A stretch of 32,000 bases of DNA from Pyrolobus fumarii 1A (GTDB lineage Archaea; Thermoproteota; Thermoprotei_A; Sulfolobales; Pyrodictiaceae), in assembly GCF_000223395.1 (NCBI RefSeq), contig NC_015931.1:210001-242000 (forward strand), written 5' to 3'. Position 1 is the first letter of the stretch, and each line of letters begins with the position of its first letter. This document shows, piece after piece, positions 25,197-32,000 of the stretch. Made by a program: the position numbers and the translations under genes. The notes beneath the pieces were generated by a model. The model saw nothing but the letters and a program-made list of their open reading frames with translations, was not told the origin of the DNA and ran no database searches.

Positions 25197-26435
25197 CTAT
25201 TGTTGAGCCTCGGTTTCATCCTGTCTTGTAACTTTATCCGTGGTTCTCGGGGGTACGGGCTTCACTATTCTCGCTGAGAGGACGCGAGCGGCTACGTCCG
25301 GCGGGTTTAGTATTGGTGCCTCGGGGAGAGACTCGACCCAAAGACTACGATAGTTCTCGTTTACCTCGCGCGCTTTTACCTCCTCCACTTCACCTCTTTC
25401 AAGCATCTTCTCCAACACTTGCTTCGCCCGGTATACGAGGATGGCCTCCTTTCTCGGGTAGCGCCAGAGATGGTGCTCTGCAAACACCTCGTAGGGAATA
25501 TCGCTATACCATTTCCTATGCTCCTTTTTCAACACGGTTTCTATGAAGCCAGGGTCTTCCAGCTCCTCAATTACCGTAAACTCGTGTAGAGACTTGAATG
25601 GGCATAAGGTGCACGCGACACGTGGCAGACCGTCAAAGTAAGCGGGGTGCACGAGGTCAGCTTCTCTGGTCAACTTGACAACGTCTAGAAGTGTCATTAG
25701 GTATGTTGGGCGGAACTTCCTTCCAGAGAGGTACTCGTGGCGAGATGCTGGTGCGGCTAGCTTCTCGAGCCTCTTTGGGGCCTCCATAATTCTGTCGGCG
25801 ACTACCTCTAGGGCACCACGATGACGCTTCTTATACTCTCTCATAGGCTTGACTTTGAAGAAGGTGCACCACCTGTCACCTCTCCTAGGCAATCCGCGCC
25901 AGAGGAGGTAACTACGGAACTTTCTTCTCGGAGCCTCGATGATTTCAATGTCTATGCTTAACCTCTTCGCGACTTCCTCGACGAACTTGACGTTCCTCGG
26001 GGACTCTATGTATGGTATGTGTATGTAGAGGACATCCAGCTTCAAGCCTAGTTTCTCTGCAAGAGCGAGTAGCACGAGAAGTGCTGCTGTAGAGTCCTTC
26101 CCTCCACTATAACCGAGAGCAACGCGTCTGCCCCGAAGCTCCTTCCCAACGAGCTTGACCAAGCGGTCCACGTGATCTTCCAGTTTCGTTAGGGTGTATG
26201 CATGTACGTAAGGCGCGGCAAGCACCCAGAGGCGATAAGGGATTCTTATATCGCCAATGCGCAGTGTACCATCGCGCTCGAGAAATTTTGTCACATCAGC
26301 GCCACGCTCCTTGTCAAGCCAGAATATGGCTCGTAGCAAACGATGGTCAAGATCATAGTGGACAACGGCCTCTGCAGCCCCACCCTGAAGCAGCTCTGCT
26401 CTACCATTCCTAATCACGGGGTAAAGCTCTGTCAA
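25197..26435 (-). CDS. PAPS-reductase-family PP-loop ATPase with N- and C-terminal extensions
   Basis: 412-aa ORF. Contains the PP-loop ALGYSGGKDSTA, then GDRWCTFFKVKP, then CTLCP. The family core is flanked by an N-terminal extension of about 100 aa and a C-terminal tail of about 110 aa. Confidence 0.7.
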   Translation of the reverse strand: MTELYPVIRNGRAELLQGGAAEAVVHYDLDHRLLRAIFWLDKERGADVTKFLERDGTLRIGDIRIPYRLWVLAAPYVHAYTLTKLEDHVDRLVKLVGKELRGRRVALGYSGGKDSTAALLVLLALAEKLGLKLDVLYIHIPYIESPRNVKFVEEVAKRLSIDIEIIEAPRRKFRSYLLWRGLPRRGDRWCTFFKVKPMREYKKRHRGALEVVADRIMEAPKRLEKLAAPASRHEYLSGRKFRPTYLMTLLDVVKLTREADLVHPAYFDGLPRVACTLCPFKSLHEFTVIEELEDPGFIETVLKKEHRKWYSDIPYEVFAEHHLWRYPRKEAILVYRAKQVLEKMLERGEVEEVKAREVNENYRSLWVESLPEAPILNPPDVAARVLSARIVKPVPPRTTDKVTRQDETEAQQ

Positions 26436-26440
26436 GGGGC

Positions 26441-26746
26441 CTACTCCTCCACGAGCTTGGGCGCCTTGACGAACCCGTCGATAACCTCAACAGCGTTGCG
26501 TAAAGCCTCCTCGCGAGGCAGGCTAGGCTTTGGATCATCGCGTCGTAGCAGCCCCTCCACGTCGCTCGGGTGGTAGAGCGGATCACCCACAACCTTGGCA
26601 TCTAGTAGTACTCTCATCCACTCAAGTATCTTTGACAACTCGGATATCATACGCTCCTCTTCCTCCGGAGTCAAAGAGATCCTAACCATCTCCTCGAGCC
26701 TCTTGACCAGCTCTCTGTCCACTCTCAGCTCGTGCACACAACTCAC
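26441..26746 (-). CDS. gatC: Asp/Glu-tRNA amidotransferase subunit C
   Basis: 101-aa ORF. Contains VDRELVKRLEEMVRISLTPEEEERMISELSKILEWM...LLRRDDPKPSLPREEALRNA...GFVKAPKLV, which fits the GatC pattern throughout. Confidence 0.75.
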   Translation of the reverse strand: MSCVHELRVDRELVKRLEEMVRISLTPEEEERMISELSKILEWMRVLLDAKVVGDPLYHPSDVEGLLRRDDPKPSLPREEALRNAVEVIDGFVKAPKLVEE

Positions 26747-27248
26747 CTGCCAACTCCTCTATGAGAGGGATAGCCTCCCTTATAGCAAGACTAGCGGCCT
26801 CTCCATCAAAAGGTGACCCTATGCCACACTCCACAAGGTAGACGAGTGGGTGTCTGCCAGTGACCGCCTTCGAAACCTCCATAGCCATACAGAGAGCCTC
26901 TAAAAGACCAGCCTCGTGCAGCGCATTCAACTCTAGCTGATCGCAACTCTCCACTATGGTAGTGCGCACCGTGCCCCTGGGTACACGTCGCGATGCATCA
27001 ACTACGATGAGAGCGTCGTAATCATGTATAAGGTGTATCAGTGCTTGTACGCCTCTACCAAGCCATCTTGCCTCGCCACACGGTAGACGTATCTGCTCGA
27101 CAATACTTTTGGCGCATGCATCACCAGGTATAAGCTCATTCCCAAACCCAGCAACAAGCAAACGCAATGGAGTACCTGCCTCCGACCTCCTAGTACCAGC
27201 CAAGCATGGGCTCCTGGCCTTGAAATTAAACCTAGGTGCGGGGGACAT
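26682..27248 (-). CDS. [NiFe]-hydrogenase maturation endopeptidase (HyaD/HybD/FrhD family)
   Basis: Contains LLVAGFGNELIPGDACA, ALIVVDA and ALHEAGLLEAL. A TATA-like CTTTACAA about 30 nt upstream of ATG 27248 supports that start. An alternative TTG at 27167 would give a canonical MRLLVAGFGN N-terminus. The 3' end overlaps gatC. Confidence 0.7.
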   Translation of the reverse strand: MSPAPRFNFKARSPCLAGTRRSEAGTPLRLLVAGFGNELIPGDACAKSIVEQIRLPCGEARWLGRGVQALIHLIHDYDALIVVDASRRVPRGTVRTTIVESCDQLELNALHEAGLLEALCMAMEVSKAVTGRHPLVYLVECGIGSPFDGEAASLAIREAIPLIEELAGELCARAESGQRAGQEARGDG

Positions 27249-27271
27249 CTAGTTGACCATACATATGATAG

Positions 27272-27334
27272 TTGTAAAGTGTGAAAAACGATATTTGATG
27301 CCACGTGTGTCCGTGTGCCCGGGGTCTTTTATCC
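27272..27334. promoter_or_regulatory. Divergent promoter region between the protease gene and the hydrogenase operon
   Basis: Minus-strand CTTTACAA (27272-27279) lies about 30 nt from ATG 27248. Plus-strand CTTTTATCC (27326-27334) lies about 23 nt from GTG 27353. Both are TATA-like by eye. Confidence 0.35.
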
Positions 27335-27352
27335 GACCCTTAACCGGTTGGG

Positions 27353-28357
27353 GTGCTAACCGTGTCTAAGGCTATATCGGAGCATGACAACTTGGCTATG
27401 GTAAAGCCTCTAGTCTCTGAGGAAGAGATATACCTGGATATAGAGGCGATGATCAAGCTTATGGCGATAACAGTACGTGGTCTAGAGCTTGCAGTTGGAC
27501 AGAGAAGCGCAATGGCGCTAGGAACAATCATGGGCTCGCAACTTTACAAAAGCATGTCGCCTAGTATAAAGGGTAAGAACTTGAAGGAGGCTCTCGAGGC
27601 CGTAAACACACGTAGTTTCCGTATAGATGTTTACAAGATGCGAGGAAAAGTGGTCCATGAAGACCCGCAAACGGGGCGCAAGGTGTTCTATTACGTTGGA
27701 CGGGAGTGTCCGATACGACAAATACTATACCACGAGGATATTCCCGCCGGAGGTACACTTTGTCGCATAATGTGTAGTTTCGTGGAACAGTTGTTAGCGG
27801 ATGTACTAGGTGGCAAGTATTCTGTGAAACTGTTGCGTTACGGGCCTAATGCGTGCTTCCTGCGTGTAGAGATAGTTAACGGTCCGCAGCCTCCAGACGA
27901 TGTCGCCGTATACTCGAAGAAACCTAGTCTAGAAGAGTATGTCATGTTGCTACGTGAGGACCTTAGGTCTATACTTGTGGCTTTCGATGCAACTGTAGAT
28001 AGAGTATTGGGCGGCAATCCGACTATGAGTTACATGGCAGGTAAGAGGTATGGACTCCTAGATGGCGACAACCTGCTAAGTACTATTGGCAGAACGATCA
28101 GCGTCGACGAAGCCATAACCGTGCTAAACGTGGCTTACAAAGGTTTGCTAGAGCTGAGCAAGGAGGGTGACGTAATTAGCCTAGAAAGGAGTGTGTTCCA
28201 CGATCTAGTCGAGAAGCTGCAGCTTGGACGTGCAGTCTTCATCTATCGTACTCTGCAAGGCTACCTAGCTGGGCTTTTAGAGAGGCTAACTGGTCACCGT
28301 GTTGACCTACGCGGTTTAGATGAGAAAGCTACGCAACTAAAGATTCTCATGAGGTGA
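27353..28357 (+). CDS. Tandem V4R-like domain protein, first gene of the hydrogenase operon
   Basis: 334-aa ORF. The first half contains GRECPIRQ...GGTLCRIMCSFVEQLLADVLGGKYSVKLLRYGPNACFLRVEIV, which is the same block architecture as the V4R protein at 15189. The second half is a Cys-less repeat ending IYRTLQGYLAGLLERLTGHRVDL. Its stop overlaps the small-subunit start (GTGA). An alternative ATG start lies at 27398. Confidence 0.45.
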   Translation: MLTVSKAISEHDNLAMVKPLVSEEEIYLDIEAMIKLMAITVRGLELAVGQRSAMALGTIMGSQLYKSMSPSIKGKNLKEALEAVNTRSFRIDVYKMRGKVVHEDPQTGRKVFYYVGRECPIRQILYHEDIPAGGTLCRIMCSFVEQLLADVLGGKYSVKLLRYGPNACFLRVEIVNGPQPPDDVAVYSKKPSLEEYVMLLREDLRSILVAFDATVDRVLGGNPTMSYMAGKRYGLLDGDNLLSTIGRTISVDEAITVLNVAYKGLLELSKEGDVISLERSVFHDLVEKLQLGRAVFIYRTLQGYLAGLLERLTGHRVDLRGLDEKATQLKILMR

Positions 28358-29316
28358 AGACCGTGAGTGGCGGGAAGCTCACACTCGCTGTTGTGCCTCT
28401 GACAGGGTGTGGGGGCTGTGAGGTACAAGTGTTGAGGACGTTTGAGAAGTATCCAGAGCTATACGAAAAGTATGATGTGGTGTATTGGCCGCTCGTTGTT
28501 GAAGCCGAGGAGATGCCAGAGAGCGTCGACGTAGTACTAGTGGAAGGTAGTGTTAGGACCAAGAAAGATGTTGACGTGTTAAGAAAGGCGCGTAAAGCTG
28601 CAAGATACTTGATAACCCTAGGCTCTTGTGCAGGCTTCGGCGGTATAAACGGACAGGCTGACTACTTCCCGATAGAAGAGAACATGAAAAGTATCTATGG
28701 TAAAGAGAAGCTAGAAAATAGCGTTGACATGCTAGAAAGACTGTATGCACCCTCGGATGTAGTCCCAGTCGACTATGTAGTACCGAGGTGTCCGCCAACA
28801 CCAGAAGTGTTATACAAAGTGCTCACAGCGGTGTATGAAGGCAAAAGGCCGCCAGCAACCTTGTACAGCGTCTGTACGCAGTGTCCAAGAGAAATGCGCG
28901 AGATAAAGCAAGAGATTACCGAAGAGTTCTTCAAGAAGGGCTTGCCAGGCCCCGATGTTGACCCGAAGACCTGTCTTCTAAGCCAAGGGTACCTATGCAT
29001 GGGGTCAGTAACCATCGTTGGTTGTGGTGCGCCATGTACTAGGGCTGGTATCCCGTGTTTCGGGTGTGGAGGCCCGACAGCCGAAATCGCCGTCCGTAGA
29101 GACCAGGACATACCAGTTGCACTTGCAAGGATAATAGCAACGCTTGCGGGAATGGATCCCATCGAGGGTGGAGAGAAGGTACTCAAGATACTAGAGAAAG
29201 TATACGGCATGAGGAGATTCTATACGTTCACGCTTGAATCCGAAGTTTTCAGAAGAAAGCCACGTGGTTTTGCTATTAGACTCTTGGCAGAGAATAGGAG
29301 GGCGCAGCAAGGGTGA
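28354..29316 (+). CDS. [NiFe]-hydrogenase small subunit, cytoplasmic group-3 type (MvhG/FrhG-like)
   Basis: 320-aa ORF with no Tat signal. Contains LTGCGGCE, LGSCAGFGG, PRCPP and a C-terminal Cys cluster (CTQCP...CLLSQGYLCMG...GCGAPCTRAGIPCFGCGGP). Confidence 0.85.
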   Translation: MKTVSGGKLTLAVVPLTGCGGCEVQVLRTFEKYPELYEKYDVVYWPLVVEAEEMPESVDVVLVEGSVRTKKDVDVLRKARKAARYLITLGSCAGFGGINGQADYFPIEENMKSIYGKEKLENSVDMLERLYAPSDVVPVDYVVPRCPPTPEVLYKVLTAVYEGKRPPATLYSVCTQCPREMREIKQEITEEFFKKGLPGPDVDPKTCLLSQGYLCMGSVTIVGCGAPCTRAGIPCFGCGGPTAEIAVRRDQDIPVALARIIATLAGMDPIEGGEKVLKILEKVYGMRRFYTFTLESEVFRRKPRGFAIRLLAENRRAQQG

Positions 29317-30740
29317 GGCGCATGGCGGGCAAAGAGATTAGGCTAGATATGACACTCATAGAGGGTCACGCCAACGTCCTGATACGTGTAGGTGACGATG
29401 GAAAAGTGGCAGAGAGGGTACTCTACCAGGGTGTCGACACTAGATTCTTCGAGAGACTCTGGGCGGGTATGAACATAGACGAGATGCCAAGAGTAACGCC
29501 AATGATATGCGGAGTTTGCAGTGCGACACACCATGTGTGTAGCGCGCTAGCAGTTGACAAAGTTAGGGGTGTTGAGCCGCCCGAGACTGCGCAAAACATC
29601 AGGGCAATGATAAACCTAGGCATACATCTTAACAACCAGGCGTTGCACCTCGTGGTTATGGGTCTACCGGACTTCCTCCCGGCGAGTGAGAAGAGGCGCA
29701 GCGTGTTCAGGCTAATGGCGTCAAGGCCTGCTCTGGCTAAGACAGGATTGAAGATAATGGAGCTTGGACATACGGTAGTGGCGGTATTCGGCGGTAGAGA
29801 GGTGCATCCGATAAACGCTGTATCTGGTGGTGTTGCTAGGGCTCCCAGCGAGCATGAAGTTAAGGAGCTCCGAGAAAAGTTTGAGAAGCTGAAGAGTGAC
29901 CTAGAGACGTTCAAGAAGGAGGCTTTGAACCTCCTTGCCGAGAGCAAAGAGAAAATATCGAATTACGAGAGCGGGACAGAATACATGTTAGCTGTTGTTG
30001 ATAGCAAGACTGGCGGTTTCACGCCGCTCGAGGGTGTGGCAAAGGTTATCGATAGTAAAGGTAATGTGGTTGTCGAGTTCCGTCCCGAGGAGTACACCAA
30101 GGTTATCGACGAGAAGGTGTTCGACTACACGTATGTCAAGATGCCGGTGTTGAGGAGCAAGGGTTACCCCCAGGGTGGTATGCGTACCGGCCCTCTGGCA
30201 AGAGTAAACATCGTCAAGAGCTATGGTGTTGAAGAGGCTGATGAACTACGTGACAAGCTGTTCGAGGAATGGGGCAGACCAGCGACGCACCCACTACTGT
30301 ACCACTATGCGCGCGTCGTAGAGACAATAGCTGTCTACGAGTTGATACAACGTGCTCTAGATGAGTGGGACTTCTGGAGCACGCCGTTACGGAATTACAC
30401 TGACAGTGTGCGCGGAGAGGGTGTTGCGATGATAGAAGCGCCTAGAGGCACGTTGATACATCATTATAGAGCGAGAGAAGATGGTGCAACTGAGTACGTG
30501 AACGTCATTACGCCAACGACATTTAACGCTGTTGCAATGGAGAACGATTTGACCAAGTTCTTCCAGGGCAAAAATGTTGCCAAGATGAGTGATCGCGAGA
30601 TATATGCACATGCTGTGGCGATAGTGAGGCCTTACGACCCGTGTATGGCTTGTGCAACGCACACAGTAGCTGAGCACCAGCTTGGCAAGATCTTAATAGT
30701 TGATAAAAACTTGAATGTAGTGAGGGAGGTGAAACCGTGA
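29313..30740 (+). CDS. [NiFe]-hydrogenase large subunit, group-3 type (MvhA-like)
   Basis: 475-aa ORF. N-terminal Ni-Fe ligands RVTPMICGVCSATHH. C-terminal DPCMACATH, followed by a 25-aa extension that is the endopeptidase substrate. The start overlaps the small-subunit stop. Confidence 0.9.
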   Translation: MRRMAGKEIRLDMTLIEGHANVLIRVGDDGKVAERVLYQGVDTRFFERLWAGMNIDEMPRVTPMICGVCSATHHVCSALAVDKVRGVEPPETAQNIRAMINLGIHLNNQALHLVVMGLPDFLPASEKRRSVFRLMASRPALAKTGLKIMELGHTVVAVFGGREVHPINAVSGGVARAPSEHEVKELREKFEKLKSDLETFKKEALNLLAESKEKISNYESGTEYMLAVVDSKTGGFTPLEGVAKVIDSKGNVVVEFRPEEYTKVIDEKVFDYTYVKMPVLRSKGYPQGGMRTGPLARVNIVKSYGVEEADELRDKLFEEWGRPATHPLLYHYARVVETIAVYELIQRALDEWDFWSTPLRNYTDSVRGEGVAMIEAPRGTLIHHYRAREDGATEYVNVITPTTFNAVAMENDLTKFFQGKNVAKMSDREIYAHAVAIVRPYDPCMACATHTVAEHQLGKILIVDKNLNVVREVKP

Positions 30741-31057
30741 TGGCTGAGGATATACTTGCACATGTAGAGAAAGTGCAAGAAGAAGTAGAAGTGGCAACCA
30801 AACCTAAAGCTATAATCATCGACAAGAACGTATGCATGAAGTGTTACAACTGTGTCAGATCGTGCACCGTATTCAACAGCGTCTATGAAATCGGCGAAGA
30901 CGGTTATCCCTACGCAGCCCGCCTCGACGACTGTATAATGTGCCTAATGTGCCACTTTGTCTGTCCAACTCGTGCGATAACGCACGTGGGCATCCGAACA
31001 GTGACCATACTAGTGCTTGACAAGGATATCGCGCAAAAGATGACAAAGATAATGTAA
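30737..31057 (+). CDS. 2x[4Fe-4S] ferredoxin-domain protein
   Basis: 106-aa ORF with CMKCYNCVRSC and CIMCLMCHFVCP. ATG 30740 overlaps the large-subunit TGA by 1 nt. Confidence 0.8.
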   Translation: MMAEDILAHVEKVQEEVEVATKPKAIIIDKNVCMKCYNCVRSCTVFNSVYEIGEDGYPYAARLDDCIMCLMCHFVCPTRAITHVGIRTVTILVLDKDIAQKMTKIM

Positions 31058-31080
31058 ATACAAGACAATTTTATAGATCA

Positions 31081-31114
31081 GCGCGAGGCCCTCCGCGCGC
31101 CCGCCCCTCCTTTT
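31081..31114 (+). terminator. GC hairpin followed by a T tract after the hydrogenase operon
   Basis: GCGCG-AGGCCCTC-CGCGC, then CCGCCCCTCCTTTT. It is preceded by ATTTTAT at 31068-31074. Confidence 0.4.
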
Positions 31115-31175
31115 GTAAACGTGTACTCGCTGTGTTCGCGTATCGTCTATCATAGCTATGTAGTTGAGATAGCTG

Positions 31176-31204
31176 GAGGGTCTGTGCCCTCAATGTAACT
31201 TTTT
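31176..31204 (+). terminator. Second hairpin plus T5 tract
   Basis: GAGGG-TCTGTG-CCCTC, followed 8 nt later by TTTTT (31200-31204). Confidence 0.3.
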
Positions 31205-31298
31205 CATTGCGACGGATGTTCTCGCTTGAGGAGTTGATTATAGACACGGCATGAGTTTACACGAGCATCTTGAATATTGTAAGATTATGTTTTAGTGT

Positions 31299-31535
31299 GG
31301 ATGAGGGTCGGCGATGCGGGGCTTCACGCATCCCCCTTGCGGGGCTTGTTAGCCGGGTGTTCCGGGCTTCCTCCTCATCCCGCGGGAAGTGGTAGAAACC
31401 CCCGGCGGTTTCTCGGTAGCGCCGGCCCACCGGCATGCCCGGGGGGCTTTTGCCCCCCGGTGGACCGGGCAACCCCACGGTTCGTCCTCATTGAACGCCG
31501 CCGGGGGTCCATGGTGACGGGTGTGTCCCGGTCTT
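31299..31535. ncRNA. Unclassified GC-rich, hairpin-dense element; candidate structured RNA
   Basis: Hand count gives 160 G+C in the 230 nt of 31301-31530 (~70%), against ~38% in the preceding 98 nt. It contains a multi-helix structure including an 8-bp closing stem around three hairpins, a 9-bp GC hairpin, and an 11-bp long-range complement (details in findings). AATATT lies about 25 nt upstream and CTTTATT/GTTTGTCTT lie just downstream, which favours the plus strand. A GCAA (GNRA) loop appears only on the minus strand. No family could be recognised. Confidence 0.5.
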
Positions 31536-31765
31536 TATTGTATAAGCGTTTGTCTTCAGCTCGTGTTGTGTGGCTCGTCTTTTCGTCGGGCAGGGCGTGG
31601 TATCGTGGCGGGATACGTGGTTGGGCTGGCTCTAGTGGGCGGCTTGATGTTGTTGCTAGGGTGATGCTGGCGGCGTGTTACCCAGGGTGTGATGCGCAAG
31701 GAGGGTGCCTGTTTGCCGCCTCGCTGCAAGGCCCCGCATTGTTCGTGCACGAGGCTGGTGGCAGG

Positions 31766-32000
31766 ATGTGTAGAGAGTATGAGGCCGGCGAGGAGATACT
31801 ACGTGGCTTGCAGGGAGTGTCGCGTTTAAGTATGGTATACCCGGGCTTATCAGGTGTAGAGTTGTTGAGTTTGGCTAAGAGTCTAGGCTACCGGGTTCTT
31901 CTCCTAAGTGAGAGGTGTCCTGTGTCCTGGAGAGTATCGCTCAATAGGCGTGTTGTCGTGCTCGGAGCAGATATTGACCCGCCGTCTGCAGTCCATAGTC
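31766..32000 (+). CDS. Hypothetical protein, 5' part only (runs off the window); start uncertain
   Basis: The frame is open to the window end. The protein-like stretch is MCREYEAGEEILRGLQGVSRLSMVYPGLSGVELLSLAKSLGYRVLLLSERCPVSWRVSLNRRVVVLGADIDPP. Alternative starts are ATG 31832 and TTG 31862. A TATA-like GTTTAAGTA lies at 31823-31831. No family was recognised. Confidence 0.35.
   Translation, partial: MCREYEAGEEILRGLQGVSRLSMVYPGLSGVELLSLAKSLGYRVLLLSERCPVSWRVSLNRRVVVLGADIDPPSAVHS

Noticed and set aside
31299-31535. Assignment of the GC island to SRP RNA or RNase P RNA, the usual large GC-rich archaeal RNAs.
   Set aside because: SRP: neither strand has the helix-8 GGAA tetraloop with flanking AGCA, and there is no AGCA at all in the island. 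At ~240 nt it is also shorter than archaeal SRP RNA (~300 nt). RNase P: no GAGGAAAGUCC or ACAGAA...GGCUUA pair is present. The weak look-alikes (GGGAAGUGG, GAACGCCGCC) lack P1/P2 partners in the flanks. A covariance-model search is still needed.
31301-32000. A single reading frame open from ATG 31301 to the window end (233 codons, no stop). This could mean that the GC island is the 5' end of a protein gene.
   Set aside because: The first ~150 codons translate to a G/R/P/W/S-rich sequence (MRVGDAGLHASPLRGLLAGCSGLPPHPAGSGRNPRRF...), unlike any other protein in the window. At ~70% GC, stop-free frames are expected by chance. The dense perfect hairpins point to RNA or DNA structure. Only the last ~75 codons look protein-like. 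The possibility remains open as a refutation test.

Overview
Densely coding archaeal chromosome segment. The archaeal hallmarks are PurP, the Rpo7/Spt4/DUF359 cluster, an archaeal-type LeuRS, A-type ATPase subunit C and archaeal tRNAs with encoded CCA. Composition and gene content resemble a hyperthermophilic crenarchaeon, but the organism cannot be named from sequence alone. I support about 36 protein genes and 2 tRNAs. Notable content: (i) A tightly overlapping JAMM protease / MoaD-MoaE fusion / E1-like adenylyltransferase cassette (4584-6560, minus). (ii) [NiFe]-hydrogenase genes in three places: hypA plus a Mrp/MinD-type ATPase (6840-8010), a maturation endopeptidase (26682-27248, minus), and a divergent four-gene operon (27353-31057). 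The first gene of that operon is a tandem V4R-like protein rather than a usual redox-partner subunit. (iii) A pstC-pstA permease pair with no pstS/pstB, translationally coupled to a PF09818-type ABC-class ATPase and a 33-codon micro-ORF. (iv) A lower-GC islet next to tRNA-Arg carrying a frame-disrupted DUF104/PIN toxin-antitoxin pair and a methyltransferase. (v) A ~240-nt, ~70% GC, hairpin-dense island (31299-31535) between AT-rich flanks. I could not assign it to any RNA family, and it is my best candidate for something undescribed. No CRISPR array, rRNA, transposase or integrase was seen. All family calls rest on motif recognition by eye and none has been checked against a database.
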